This document shows, piece by piece, positions 13,301 to 25,856 of a DNA stretch of 64,000 nucleotides. Position 1 is the first letter of the stretch. Each line of letters begins with the position of its first letter. The stretch lies in NCBI RefSeq assembly GCF_003918875.1, contig NW_025765400.1:1-64000 (forward strand), read 5' to 3'. The DNA comes from Haliotis rubra. Its lineage: Eukaryota. A program made the position numbers and the translations under genes. The notes under the pieces are model-generated. The model was not told the DNA's origin and did not search any database. It saw nothing but the letters and a program-made list of their open reading frames with translations.

Positions 13301-13836
13301 AAGTGAAGTGAGGTTGTGTTGGCCTAGCCAGTCGGCGAGGCGGGTTCCGTTAATATCTGTGTGGGGTCTTGTGCCCCACAGTGGGTGATGTGCATTGAAG
13401 TCTCCGAGTAAAATGGTATTGGGGGCTATGAATGTGGAGAGAATTGCCAAATCTTGGGGAGTGATTTTGATATTAGGCCTTCTGTAGACATTAATAATGG
13501 TGATTTCTTTGTCGTTTAGTTTAGTGTTTATAGCCAGGACTTCGAGGTTGGTAACAGGAATTTGCAAAATGGTATAATTAAACTTTTCTGCAATGTAAAT
13601 GCCCACACACACACACACACACACACACCCCCGCCAGGGGGGCCTGGGTGATTAGGTGGCCGAGGTCTATCCTTCCGAATGAAATTGTAGCCTGGTATTT
13701 TGAAGGCGTTTTTGGGTGATAATCTGGTTTCTTGGAGAGCTATAACATCGGGGGAAATTTTGTTATGGGCTATGAGTGCCTTAAGCTCATGCCCATGAAC
13801 TCGGAGACTATTACAATTCCACTGAATGAGTGCCAT
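10329..13836 (-). pseudogene. LINE ORF2: AP endonuclease + reverse transcriptase + RNase H (C-terminus continues at about 2547-2183)
   Basis: APE: MALIQWNCNS, LQET, LGDFNAHH, GSDHCPI. RT: YRPISLTS, FIDFSKAFD, PQGSILSP, KFADD. RNase H: FTWIPSHSNITGNDTADTAAK. Frameshifts at about 13610, 13050 and 10900. Confidence 0.92.
13604..13628. repeat. (CA)n microsatellite inside the LINE endonuclease
   Basis: cacaca... run between the GGG and GIYI codons. The run is absent at the equivalent site of copy B (about 20241-20255). Confidence 0.9.
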
Positions 13837-13907
13837 GGTAACTGTAATTTGAAATAAAATTTGAATAAATACCATGGTGTGGGGCATGAATTTGGAAAAA
13901 AGGGGAT

Positions 13908-15470
13908 TTAGTGCTTTAGTAGAGGTTGTTGGTGTTTAAAAGGTGTTTTGATGGCAATAAGGAGACTGGCTAGGCTTTTTATGGTACAGTTTGGCTTTGT
14001 GGGCGAGAGTGTGTAGTTTTTGCTGTGGGTTTGTCCATGAGTGTGGCTGCGGTGATGAATTCCACTATTATCTTGATTTTGGTTTTGTGGTGTGAGTGTT
14101 AGTGTGGTGTGAGGGCTGGTGGTGGGTTTGGGGGTGGGGGCTGGGTGTGTTTGGACAGTGGGGAGGGAGGTTGGTGATTTGTGTTTGGATGTGGGGAGTT
14201 TGTGTTGGGGAGGGTTGGGGAGGGGGCGCAGTTTTAGGGCGTGTTTGTTTGGGGGCAGTTGGGATGGGTGTGGGGAGGAGGGTTGTTTTGAGGGTTTTGT
14301 GGATTGGGGTGGGCGGGTTTGGGTGGGTTGGTGGGCGGTAGGTTTTGCGAGTTGGGGGGCGGTGTTTGTTGGGTTTAGGTGGGGAGGGGTGAATAGAATG
14401 ACGAGTTGGGGAGGAGGAGGTGTAGGGGAAGATGATGATGCTGAGAGGATGGAGTTGTATGCGAGTATTGGGCGTGCTGGTTTGGGCAGGTCGGTGTTTT
14501 TAATGTGTTTGTTGAGCCTGAGTATGTGCTTTTGTTTAATGGGACATGTAGCGGTGTGGCCGGGTGTGTTGCAGTGAATGCAATATTTTTGTTGGCGACA
14601 TTCATCTAGTGTATGAGTGTCCGACCCGCATTTTGGGCATAACATGGGGAGTTCTGCATGAATCTGAGATGTGTGAATATGAAAAGCAGTATTTACATTG
14701 TTGTGGGTTTTTCGTGTTGGGTGAACTTTGTAAGAGAGGCGCCAAATATAATGTGGGTGGGAAGAGTGGTGGTTTCGAATGTAAGAAAGGTTGTTTGTGT
14801 GTTAGGGTTATAGGTGGTGGGTTGTCTGTTGTTGATGGCTCTGAAGTTGGTGATTTTTGGTTGGTTGGGGATGGTGTTTGCGATGTCAATGTATTGTTTG
14901 ATGTCTGTTTCCGTTTCTCTTGTGTCTATGTAGATGACTCCTTGTATAGATGTTTGCCAGCGTGGATATTGCCAATTTATCTGTTTGCCGTCAATCAGGG
15001 TGTGTTTAAGTGTGTGTTTTAGTGCTTGTTGGTCAGTGAATGTGATTTTAAAGCCCCAGCCACAATTGTTTATGTTTAGTATCTGTATTGTATGTTGTGC
15101 TGTTTGAGGCAAAGGGCGAATTTGTTAATAGAGTATGTGTGATTGAGCGGAGTGTGTGTGTTGGTGGCGAAGGCTAATAGTATGAGCTTGGGTTCTTGGG
15201 CTTGGGGTGGGGGTGGCTTGGTCGCATGGTTTTTGTTAGATTGTGTGTGTTTTCAGAGGGGAGAGATGTGTAGGGCTTAGTGGATTTGGTTTTGGGGCTT
15301 GAGGGTTGTGGCGCTGGGGTGGTGGTTTTGGATGGTTGTTGAGTTTGAGAAGGGAATCAATATCGACACAGAAATTGATGGGGATAGGGTCGATTTGGTT
15401 TGGGAGGTGAGGGTGGGAAGTCTTTGGTGGGAGTAGAGAAAAAGCGAGGCCGAGGGGCTGGGGAGGCCAT
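13908..15470 (-). pseudogene. LINE ORF1 (gag-like, three CCHC zinc knuckles, Pro/Thr-rich tail), frameshifted
   Basis: Starts MASPAPRPRFF at 15470. Knuckles CKYCFSYSHISDSC, CPKCGSDTHTLDEC and CIHCNTPGHTATC are spread across ORF-track pieces 14693-15112, 14602-14889 and 13908-14645. Confidence 0.8.
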
Positions 15471-15872
15471 GGTGAAATGAGGGGGCGGGGAGGGAAAGTG
15501 GGCTGGGGTAAAATATACAATACACAAATGATAATACAAACAAATTTAAGAAAGAGAGCATATATACAAAATGAAATGAAAGAAAAGGTATGATATAGTA
15601 GCGAGCTACAGTTCGAATGATTTTTTTGAGTCAATGATGGTCAGTATAGCACAAGTAACACTTGCGTGTATTCCAGACCCCGGGGGGCCACGGTGCGGCG
15701 ACCAGCAGGGAGAGTTGGGTTGATTTGTGGTCAGTGGCTGGTGTCGGTAGAGAGGAGGAGGATAGATAGGGCGAAGCCAGCTTTGTGGTGTGAGTTTGGG
15801 ATGGCGATCGGTGCGAGGCGTCAGATAAGTCCAGCTCCAAGCGCAGATCAAGAACGAACGATGGGAAGATAC

Positions 15873-18800
15873 ATGATGCGATGATTTGGAGTTTAACGTC
15901 GGCTTTTGGCTGAGCCAATGTCGCCGACGGGGTAGGTGGTAGGTAAGATAATAATAAATAGGTTTAAAATAGGGAGTAAAGCACCATACCCAAAAAAATA
16001 TAAATGATGGGGCATTAACCTAAGTGGGAATTTGGAATGAAAAACTTTAAAAACACGAGAAAAAATAAATAAAAAGCCGATGTTAAGGAGGGAATGGGAG
16101 AGAAAAAGAAAAAGCAATATAATTGAATTTATTAGTGGTAAGAGATAGGATTATAGCTGAGTAGTAGTGGTAGTGAAAATGTTGGACCTATGGAGTTGGG
16201 GTAGTGAGGGGGAGGAGATGAAAAGGAAGTATAGCATAGTGGGGCATGTATAAGACTGCAGGTAAGCTGCATAATTAGTATAGGGGGATTTAATAAAGAA
16301 AGAAAAATGGGTTAAGTTGGTGGGGGTGGGGATTGGGGGTGAGGGAGCCAAGAAGGCTGTGGGTGACGGGCCGAGGCTGTAAAATGAAGGTTGGAGGTAA
16401 GCTGGCTTGGGTGGATGGCATTGACCTTACGTAAGAGAGGTTGGGCTGGTTTGTTTATGTTTTAGTGGGCTGTGATTGGCTAGGGATGGGCCGGACCTCG
16501 CAGCAGATTTAGAAGCACTATTGATGAATGAAATTGACCCCAGGTCTAAATGTGTAGGCTTGTGCTGGTGATAAGTGATAGTATGATTGAATTAAATTTT
16601 GACGCCTGGTCTAAAATATATAGGCTGGAAGTGAGTGGAAAAAGAGAGGGTTTGTTCGGGAGGTCCTAAATTTTTTGGAGTAAGTTGGAGTTTACAAGGA
16701 AGGTGGCTATGGCTTGGAATATATTGGGCGGGTTGTTGGGGGTTGAGAAGGAGGTGGATGTTATTGTGGTATTTGGTGGGAATGTTGTTATGTAATTGCT
16801 TAATGTTTGTTTGTTGCAGCTGGCAGTGTGTGAATATGTGGTTTATGTCTTCTTGTGTGTTGCAGTGAGTGCATAATCCGTCCAGGATGTCTGTTTTGTT
16901 TATACAGTGTGTAGTTTAAGTTAGTGATGCCTGTGATTAATTAGTCTGGTAATTGCCCTGTGTCAATGATTTTTGATGTTGGAATATGTGGGAATTTTTC
17001 TTATTGGGGATTTGATAATGGATGTGGACCCAGGTTGATTTGTTTGTGTTGATGTTGTGTTGAAAGTTGGTATTTGATATGTTTGTTTTAATGAGTTGTT
17101 TTATTTCTGCCTTGGAAGTGTGGAAGTTGAGGTTTGGTGATGTATGGGATGTGGCGAGTTTAGCTGCTGTATCGGCGATGACATTTCCTGTGATGTTTGA
17201 GTGACTGGGTATCCATGTGAATGTGATATTTTTGTTTGAGCCGCATGTGAGTGAGTCGGTTTGAATAATTATATTGTGTATGAGGTCTGGGCTGATTTAG
17301 AATGCATGTTGTGGAAGTTGTTTGATAGAGTTGAGTGAATCGGATAGAATAAGGAAGTTTGTTTGGGGAGGGAGGGTATTAGGTGTAATGCAGAGAGAAT
17401 GGCAGTGAGTTCGGCAGTGTTTATTGTGGTGTAGTTGGTATAATGAAAATTTGTTGTGATGGGAGGGGTTTGTTGAACGTGTATGCCTAGGCCTGTGGGT
17501 TTGTTAGTGCTGACTGATGCATCTGTATATATATGAGTGTGTTTGGGGTAGTTTGTATTTAAGTAGTTGTTTATGATATTAGTTAAGGTGGATTGTGGGG
17601 TGTTTTTAGGTAGTTGTTTGAGGATTGTGTCAAGGGAGATGTCTGTGATGGGTGGGGGTTTGTAAGTGAATGTAGCTTGTAATGGGAGGTGTGTGTTGTA
17701 TGGTGTTTAGTTGTTGTGCATGTAACAGACTGAATAGGTGGGTAAGGCATGATGCTTTGAGTGGGTTTGATTTGAATTTTTTAAGTGTAGATTTTTTGAT
17801 GTTTTTATATTTGTTTGTGATTAATTTGAATATGGGGTTGTGTTGGGCCCCAGCCCAGTAGAAGTGAGTGTGGTTTGGCTAATTCTTTGTGTGATTGAAG
17901 AGGTGCCTGTAAGAAGAAGTAGTGTGTTCAGAGAGGTATCCTCCCTCGCCAAGGGCTAGTTTAAGGGCTTTATATTGGATAGAATTAAGTTTTTTGAAGG
18001 TTATGGGAGAGGAGGTTATGGAGAACCGTCTTAGCGTAGTCCAATCTCGATAATATGAGAGTTTTATAAATATTAATGAGGGTATGTTTGTCGGCACCCC
18101 AGTTTGTGCAGCTGATGGCTCGTGATTAGGTTTAGATCTTTTGACATGAATTGACCAAGTTATTAACGTGGGGTGTCCATGTCAAGTGGTGGTCAAAAGT
18201 TACTCCTAGAAATTTTGCTTCTTTTTGAATTCAATTTCCTGGTTGTTTAAGAGTAGTTTGGGGGTATAATTTTGCATATGCTGAGTTTTGAATAATATGC
18301 CCACGGTTTTAACGTTAATGAGGAACACCCATTTTGGGCCCAGATTTGAATGGAGTTTAGCATTTTTGAATTTTGAGTGATGCTTGTTTAACTGAGGTTG
18401 AGGAAGTCCAAAATGAAATATCATCTGAATTTGGCTGTAGTGATTTCAGGCCATTTATTAGGAAAAAAATGTCATTAATCATAAAAGTTGAATAAAGTTA
18501 GGGGATAATATGCTCCCTGGGGGTTCCATTTTCTAGAGGGTATGGATCCGAGGTGGTGTTGTGAGATTTGATTGTTATTTGTTCGGTCGTTTAGAAAAAG
18601 AGTGAATGAAATTTAGTATTCGACCGTGAATGGCATGATTTTGAAGTTTTTGAAGAAGGCCGTTATGCCAAACCATGTCGAATGCCTTGCTGAAGTCAAT
18701 GAAAATGGCCATGGTGTATTGTTTCTGTGCTTGTGCTACTTTGATATCTTGTTCTAAATGTAGAATGTGGTCTAAAGTTTGTCGATTTGGAGTAAAGCCG

Positions 18801-21307
18801 CCTGGTCCTCCTTAAGTAGGTTGTTGGTTAAAATGAGGTGTTTGAGCCTGTTGTTTATAATTGTTCAAGGGTTTTACAGAGGTGGGAGGTAAGTGAGATG
18901 GGGCTGTATGAAGTCAGGCTCGTTATTGGGTTTCCTGGTTTGAGGATTGGTACCACTCTGGCTGATTTTCCAGTCCCAGTGTTGGGATAGTTCCTGAGGT
19001 CCAGATATGGTTGAAGAGTGTATGTGTGTGATGTTAAGCATGTTGGGAGGTAATTTGTTTAATATTGTGTATGTGATGGTATCTGGACCTGGGGCTGAGG
19101 CTGTTTGTTTGTTTTGAGTGCAGATTTGAGTTCGTGAATGTTGATTATTTTATTTATGGGTTTGTCTGTGTGGGGAGGTTGTGGGGTGTAGGGGGTTTTT
19201 TATAGTGTTTTGGAAGGTGGGTGGGTAGTTGGTGGAGCTGCTTGTGGGTCGAGAAGTGGGCAGCAAATGCATTTGCTTTATCTTTATTTGTGGTTTGGTC
19301 CGGGAAATTAGGTGAAATGGTTTTTAGAATGCCCTTTATGGCTTTGAATTTATTCCACATGTTCCGAGGATTCGATGAGATTGCCTGAGGGTTGAACAAA
19401 AATTTCTCCAGTGGGTGATTTTGCCTGCCTTGATAATTTGTTTAGTTTTGTTTTCACGTAGTTGTTTAGCTAAATGTAATTTTGATCGGTCCCTTTTGAT
19501 TGGTTAAGGGCCTTTTTTCTAGCCTTTCTGGCATTAGTAATTTCTTGGCTCCACCACGGGACTTTTTAGTCTTGGGTTGGGCGAAAAGTAGGAATGCATT
19601 TGTCTGAGATATTAAGAATATGTTTGTAAGATTACTGTTAAATGTGTTTATGTCGGGGCTGTAGATGGTTGAGGTATTTACTTGTTTGCATAATGTTGAG
19701 AATTTTTTCCAGTCTGCTTTGTTAATATTGTATCTGGCTTCTGTGGGTGTGGGTGGGGAGAGGTGGTTGCACGGTGGGAATGTGTGAGGTAATGGTGATT
19801 TTGATGGGGCAGTGGTCACTGCCCCAGGTGTCTGTGTACCTCCCAGATACAAGCTTGAGTTAGGTTGGGGTGGTGAATGTGAGGTCTATGGCTGTGGGGG
19901 TTTGAAGGTGGGAGAGGGGTAACGTGTGGGTTGATTTCATCGTTGGAGGCAAGTTAGGGAGTGTTGGTCTAGCCAGTCGGTGGAATGGTACGTTAATGTC
20001 AGTGTGGGGTCTTGTGCCCCACAGTGGGTGATGTGCTAAAGTCTCCGAGTAAAATGGTGCTGGGAGCTATGAATTTAGACAGTATTTCCAAATCTTGGGG
20101 GTGATTTTGATAGCGGGGCTTCTGTAGAGCGTTAATAATTGTGATTTCTTTGTTATTTAGTTTGGTGTTGATAGCCAGGACTTCTAAGTTGGTTACAGGA
20201 ATTTGCAAGATGGTATAGTTTAACTTTTCTGAGATATAGATGCCCACTTACGCCGGGGCCAGGGTAATTATGTGGCGAGGTCTATCTTTCCGAATGTAAT
20301 TGTAGCCTGGTATTTTGAAGGCGAATTTTGGTGATAGTCTAGTTTCTTGCAGAGTTATAATGTCGGGGCAATTTTGTTATGGGCTTATGAGTGCCTTGAG
20401 CTCATGCCCATGCCGGAAACTGTTGCAATTCCACTGTATAAGTGCCATGGTTACTGTAATTTGAAATAAGAGTGTACTAAATGCCATGTAAGCGTGGGGC
20501 ATGAATTTGGAAGAGAAGTAGATTTGGTGCTTTAGTGGTTTAGTGATTGGTGTTTAAAAAGGGTTTTGATGGCTATGAGAAGACTGGCTAGACTTTTGCG
20601 GTATAGTTTGGATTTGTGTGCTAGTGTATGTAGTTTTTGCTGTGGGTTTGTCCATGAGTGTGGCCATGATGATAAATTCCACTAACTTGTTTAGGTTATG
20701 GTTGAGTTTTTGTATGGAGTGTTAGTGTGGGATTATGGGCTGGTGATGTGTTTTTTATTGCCGGGGTTGTGTTTTGTTTGTGGGAAGTGGGATTGGTGGC
20801 TTGTGTTGGGAGGGGGTTTGGGGTGGGGAGGGTTGGTGGGTTTGGATGGGGGTGCAGTTTTTGGGGGCGTGTTTGTTTGGGTGGGGCAGTTGGGATGGGT
20901 GTGGGGAGGAGGGTTGTTTGGGCAGGAGGGGTTTAGGGCGGATTGGGGTGGGTATGGTTTGTGTGGGTTGGTGGAGCCGAGTAGGTTTGGTGGTTGGTTG
21001 GGGGGGTGTTTGCTGGGTTTAGGTGAGGGTGGGGGTGAGTAGAGTGATGAGTTGGGGGTAGAGGAAGTGTAGGGCGATGATGAGGAAGCTGAGAGGAGGG
21101 AGTGGTATGCGAGTTGGGGGAGCTGGTTTGGGCAGGTCGGTGTTTTAATATGTTTGTTTAGCCTGAGAATGTGTTTTTGTTTGATAGGGCATGTGTTTTG
21201 TGTAGCGGTGTGTCCGGGTGTGTTGCAGTGAATGCAGTATTACTGTTGTCGACATTCGATCTATTGTGTGAGTGTCCGACCCGCATTTGGGGCATAGCAT
21301 GGGGAGT
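15873..21307 (-). mobile_element. I/Nimb-type LINE copy B, 5'-truncated within ORF1, head-to-tail with copy A
   Basis: Collinear with copy A throughout (17030-21307 ~ 10370-14652; 15893-16980 ~ 1291-2535). Many small indels. Its (ATC)-like tail abuts the 5' end of copy A. Confidence 0.9.
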
Positions 21308-21649
21308 TTACAGTGGACGACATACATATTTTTTCCCTCTGTTTTATATGATAGCATTTGTGTTAAATTAACAAGCATTTTTTCCAATTGATCTTATTCC
21401 GATTTTACTTGTCATGTGACCATAATGGCGGCCTGCTTCATGTCATTGACAATGTAAACTGGATAAACTCACTGTCATTGCTGATTGGTCTCTGTTACTC
21501 CCAAGCTACATAAAACAATGAACAACTTATCAGGGCTGGCCTCCAGTTGTCAGTGTATTGTCAACTGCATGCTGCCAGCGAGCTGAAAGTAGGATGTTTG
21601 TTTGACTGGAGACTGACACGTGCCCCTCATGTCGGATTATGTGGTGATC

Positions 21650-21861
21650 GCTAATTTAGTTATCCGGTCTCTTTTGTTAAGGAATTTACTTCCAGGGATT
21701 GTGAAAAAACCTTTAGTTAAGCGGTATTGTTTACTTATCCGAAGTTTAGTTAACCGGACCCTAATAATGATAATTAATGAAGAAATTTGCGGGACCAAAG
21801 AATAGTGTTTACTTATCCGGTATGTTTAGTTAAGCGGTCTTTACTTAGCGGTTTCACTGTA
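21650..21861. mobile_element. Tc1/mariner (pogo/Tigger-like) terminal remnant
   Basis: Ends ...gcggtttcactg|ta (CAGTG terminus plus TA) with repeated subterminal ttatccg/ttaagcgg motifs. No matching long partner TIR found. Confidence 0.45.
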
Positions 21862-22039
21862 TATATAAATAAATATACAGTCCCGATATGACATAGGTGG
21901 CCACTTATAACGCTCTTCAGGTTCCAACTATATCTACATATTTTACTCTCGTACACGTATTCAGTATTGTAAAATTGACAATGATTCTATTCATGGTAAC
22001 ATCAGCTTTAACATCTGGAACATTTTGTTTAATGCAAAA

Positions 22040-22178
22040 GTCGCTGTGGCTGAACGGGTTAGGCGACTGACTTTTGTGTGGCTGGCGATTAGGTGCCTGA
22101 GGGTGTGGTTCGAACTTACTATAATCTGTAACAGATGTCACATTTAATCACTTTCTAAATGGCATTGTGTAATCAATT
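22040..22178 (+). mobile_element. Internally deleted tRNA-headed retroposon (same family as 45277-45586)
   Basis: A-box TGGCTGAACGG, B-box GGTTCGAAC, and a tail actttctaaatggcattgtgtaatca shared with 45561-45586. Confidence 0.6.
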
Positions 22179-22326
22179 AAGTGTTTTAGCCGAGTATCAA
22201 AACCAGGCTAGCAGAAGAAAAAGGATTTATTCCCCACATTGTATTTGTTTTGACATTTGAATTAGAAAGACGATCTGTTGTTCTGCGCATGATGTTTCTC
22301 TCTCGCCGTCTTCTCATCATTCCCTG

Positions 22327-25300
22327 TCATGCAAGTACAGCTCCTCCCATTTTCTTTCTCAACAATAGTGATAAACCCCCGTCAAAACCAGCCGGCGGCC
22401 GAAGATCCCACGTTGATCTTGATAACCTTCGTAAGCCTCCAATCTTTGCTGTGTGTCATATAAAAGCATTATCAAATTTTGTAAAAATACTTTTACATAA
22501 TTACACATCATGCATTATCAGAAATGTCTTAGCCATAAAAGCATGTTAAATTAAGTACACTCCGAAAGAAATGGTAATATTTATCTAACAGTGAATAATA
22601 CACCACAGATTAGATATAATCGATTTAGATTAATGAAGGCAAATTATGGATGATGGATGTTTTGATCATAACAGAATAAGACGTCGACATACATATAAGT
22701 ATCTTCCCTTAACAGATTATATATGATACAAAATAGAATTTAAGAGTCGCTATATAACATATTCACTACTTTTATACATTAGGAGTAATTAAAACTGGTT
22801 AATAAAATGGAACATTTAATGACATCGGCATGGTGAATGTCCAAAAGTTCCACCAGTTGAGAAATGTGAATCAAAAGTATTTCTGTTTGCTGCTTAGGAC
22901 CAGTCAGTTCCTATTCGTAACGCCAATGTGTGATTTTACATCAAACTGTAATTCTGATTGTGTAGTGAATTTAATTAGACGTGGATGTCCAGCTTTGGCA
23001 CAGACACATGATGCTCGGTTGTTTTATTATCGCTTTCGTCTTTCTTGTGTCCACACTTCCTAGATTTTAGTGTTCACCCCGCTAGTGCATGCTCATGTCG
23101 CACTACATGTACAGTGACGAGGAAGGACGAAAAATCTATGCCGAGTGAATTGAACTTTGTGAACTCACGAGGGACAGATAATCCGGTCCTTCCTCGACGC
23201 AGTACATTTAGTTTATTGCTTTTATGAACCATCGTCAAATTAAAACATGAGAGGCTAAAACGATCTTAACACAAATCCTTTATGTGAAAGGCGAAAGCGT
23301 ATTTTGCCATTTTTCTAAGCGCGTGAAATAGCAAAATTTCGAGGAATGTCAGCTGAGCACAGAGCAACTACAAAGTGATTCTAGGATAGTCAAATTGATC
23401 AATTGGAACGCATTGATTTCTAAGAATATGAGAAACAGTTTTCCAATTTAAGGATTCAGCATTAATTTGGTATCAAAATTAAATGTTTGGAAGTAAAGGA
23501 TACAGGGTATCTGGTAAGTAGTCAGACATGTTAAAATTGTTCACTGGCCAATTTAGCCATTGCCATTGCACCAGGTTAGATTGTTTGAAAAAATGCTGAA
23601 AAATTAGCAAGTACACAAAATTACACAACGTCAACCAAACGTAATGGCACAAGCTGATTAGAGAAGTGGAACTGATTGACAGATGATGTAAATACTGGTA
23701 GTGGAAGGGTTAGACAGATGATGACAGAATACTGGTAGTGGAAGGGTTAGACAGATGATGACAGAATACTGGTAGTGGAAGGGCTAGACAGATGATGATA
23801 GAATACTGGTAGTGGAAGGGCTAGACAGATGATGACAAAATACTAGTAGTGGAAGGGCTAGACAGATGATGACAGAATACTGGTAGTGGCAGGGTTAGAC
23901 AGATGATGACAGAATACTGGTAGTGGAAGGGCTAGACAGATGATGACAGAATACTGGTAGTGGAAGGGCTAGACAGATGATGACAGAATACTGGTAGTGG
24001 AAGGGTTGACAGATGATGACAGAATACTGGTAGTGGAAGGGCTAGACAGATGATGACAGAATACTGGTAGTGGAAGGGCTAGACAGATGATGACAGAATA
24101 CTGGTAGTGGAAGGGGTTGACAGAATACTGGTAGTGGAAGGGTTTGACAGATGATTTGAAATACAGGTACCGGAAGGGTTAGAGACGGTTTGGAAGACTG
24201 GTAGTGGAAGGGCGAGACAGGTGATTCGTAATACATAAAGTGGAAGGGTTAACGGTAGTGGCAGGGCTAGACAGATGTTTGGGGATACTGGGAGTGGAAG
24301 CGCTTGAGAAATGTTTGATAGTGGCTGTGGAAATCTTAAACAGATGGTTGGGAATTCTATCAGAGGATGGGCCAATCCGACGATTGGGAAGGGGTGAACG
24401 ATGCTAGCCTTATTAGCCAGATTTTCAGTGTCGCTTACCAGGCCGTTCCGTTCTGCCATGTCTCCTTCGTGCAGTGACAGATTGAGCGGTCAACAGGCCG
24501 ACTGAAATTGAACAATATCAAGCCTATAAGCGATACTAAATACTGCAGTTCAATACTAAACGCCTGTGTCACGGCCGCTTGTGTCAGTCACGTTAAGTTC
24601 GAATCCCCACATGGGCACAATGTGTGAAGCCCATTTCTGGTGTCCCCGCCGTGATGTTGCTGGAATATTGCTAAAAGCGGCGTAAAACCAAACTCAGTCA
24701 GTCAGTCAGTCAGTCAGTCACGTTACACCCAAATACACCTAATATACTACTGCCTTAAAGTTACCATGCACGTGTTGAGAACGCATGAAAAACGTATGTG
24801 ATACGCGTGCTAACGGGGTTGCACACGAAGTGATCATCCATTGAACATGCGTGTGCCACGGATGTTGGGCTTGGCTGTAAATGCAGCAATAGTGCCCTAG
24901 TGTTTCCGGAGCACCTTGCGGTCGTTTCACTCTGTGAAACAAGAGAAAGGGGGACGCCTTGGAGTATTAAAGTCTCTGTGTCTGAGTGGGGTTGACATTT
25001 TAAAGGGCAAGTTTACACGAAAATATACCATTTTGACTTCATTTTGTCAACAATAAAAGCATTTTTCTAGTGGGTTCAAAGCCAAAAGAGTATAGATATC
25101 ATGAGTAACAAATTTAGTTTCTACATTATATCGATTCAAAGCTCTATTTTACACATATTTTCATGCTATTAATTTCACTATGTATTTCTCTGGCATTGGA
25201 ACTAGGCACGAGACCAATCTGAATCATTTGGGACCAATTACGTCATAATCTAAGGGGTAACTCTGACCTTTTTAGCCTGAAAGCAAAAGCTTCATAATGG

Positions 25301-25778
25301 CATAACATTTCAACACGTCAGCGTATTTCAACTTTCAACATTTCAGTGTATAGCTTCTAACATTGATAGTAATTACATGTAATTCTAAAATTCCCTATGA
25401 TTTCACACAGGAAAAGGAGTTATTTTTCGTGTACACTTCCCCTTTATCTTGCGGCATGGAATCATCATTGGCTGGCACTAAACAGAGAGTATATACACCT
25501 ACGAGAGATGAGATATAAGGCATGTAAAACCACCGTGATCATGATCAACAGTATGAAATTGATTTTTGTTAAATCAGTTGCCTCCTTCAGTTGTTCGGTT
25601 TGGACCCTATGACATAATTTCTATTGTCATGACATGCTCAAATCTGCTGCAAAGGCCAACAGACTAAATCAAATAGATGCGTATCGCACAATGATACCAC
25701 TGTACTAGACACTGCACTGTACACATATATACAAAAGTCTTAGTACTTACCCAGAACCATCACAAGAAACAACTTCAT
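22327..25778 (-). CDS. Secreted prepropeptide, copy 1 (70 aa; buccalin/allatostatin-A-like core). Exons 25778-25751, 24501-24439, 22448-22327
   Basis: MKLFLVMVL|VGLLTAQSVTA-RRRHGRTERP|AKIGGLRRLSR-STWDLRPPAGFDGGL-SLLLRKKMGGAVLA*. Donors GTAAGT/GTAAGC, acceptors TTTCAG/CACACAG. Both introns phase 1; coding exons of 28 and 63 nt, identical in size to the other three copies. Confidence 0.85.
23678..24370. repeat. 37-bp minisatellite in intron 2 of peptide gene copy 1
   Basis: Unit acagatgatgacagaatactggtagtggaagggctag, about 12 well-conserved copies, then progressively degenerate copies towards 24370. Confidence 0.95.
24593..24720 (+). mobile_element. 5'-truncated tRNA-derived SINE with (AGTC)n tail
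   Basis: B-box GTTCGAATCCC, body ...cccatttctggtgtccccgccgtgat..., tail gctaaaagcggcgtaaaaccaaactc(agtc)n. Related copies at 30037 and 36037. Confidence 0.8.
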
Positions 25779-25820
25779 GTTTGTCAACGAGATGTCGCAA
25801 ACCAAATCTACAATCCGGCT

Positions 25821-25856
25821 GGAAGTGATTGCTGTGTAACAACCTCGCACTAAATA
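25821..25856 (-). promoter_or_regulatory. Core promoter of peptide gene copy 1 (TATA-like + Inr)
   Basis: TATTTAGT (25856-25849) about 30 nt upstream of Inr-like TCACTT (A at 25826). Same position as in the other copies. Confidence 0.55.

Larger units (their letters stand above)
1251..15872 (-). mobile_element. Full-length non-LTR retrotransposon (I/Nimb-type LINE with RNase H), copy A, interrupted by a BEL/Pao element at 2548-10328
   Basis: 5' UTR about 15471-15872, ORF1, then ORF2 (APE-RT-RNase H). The 3' part continues left of the BEL element and is homologous to 15875-16980 of copy B. (ATC)n tail near 1251-1264. Confidence 0.85.

Noticed and set aside
14096-15022. Gly/Trp/Val-rich plus-strand ORFs (also 20698-21042)
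   Set aside because: Antisense shadows of the C/A-rich LINE ORF1.
24739-24942. THAP-like start (HYCCIY) in intron 1 of copy 1
   Set aside because: The remaining THAP residues (conserved P, W, CxxH) cannot be traced.
25395-25498. Possible alternative exon 2 for peptide copy 1 (acceptor ctctcgtag; would give MKLFLVMVLGVYTLCLVPANDDSMPQ...KS*)
   Set aside because: In frame and hydrophobic, but it has no counterpart in the other copies. The 63-nt exon at 24439-24501 is the clear homolog. Only RNA data could rescue it.
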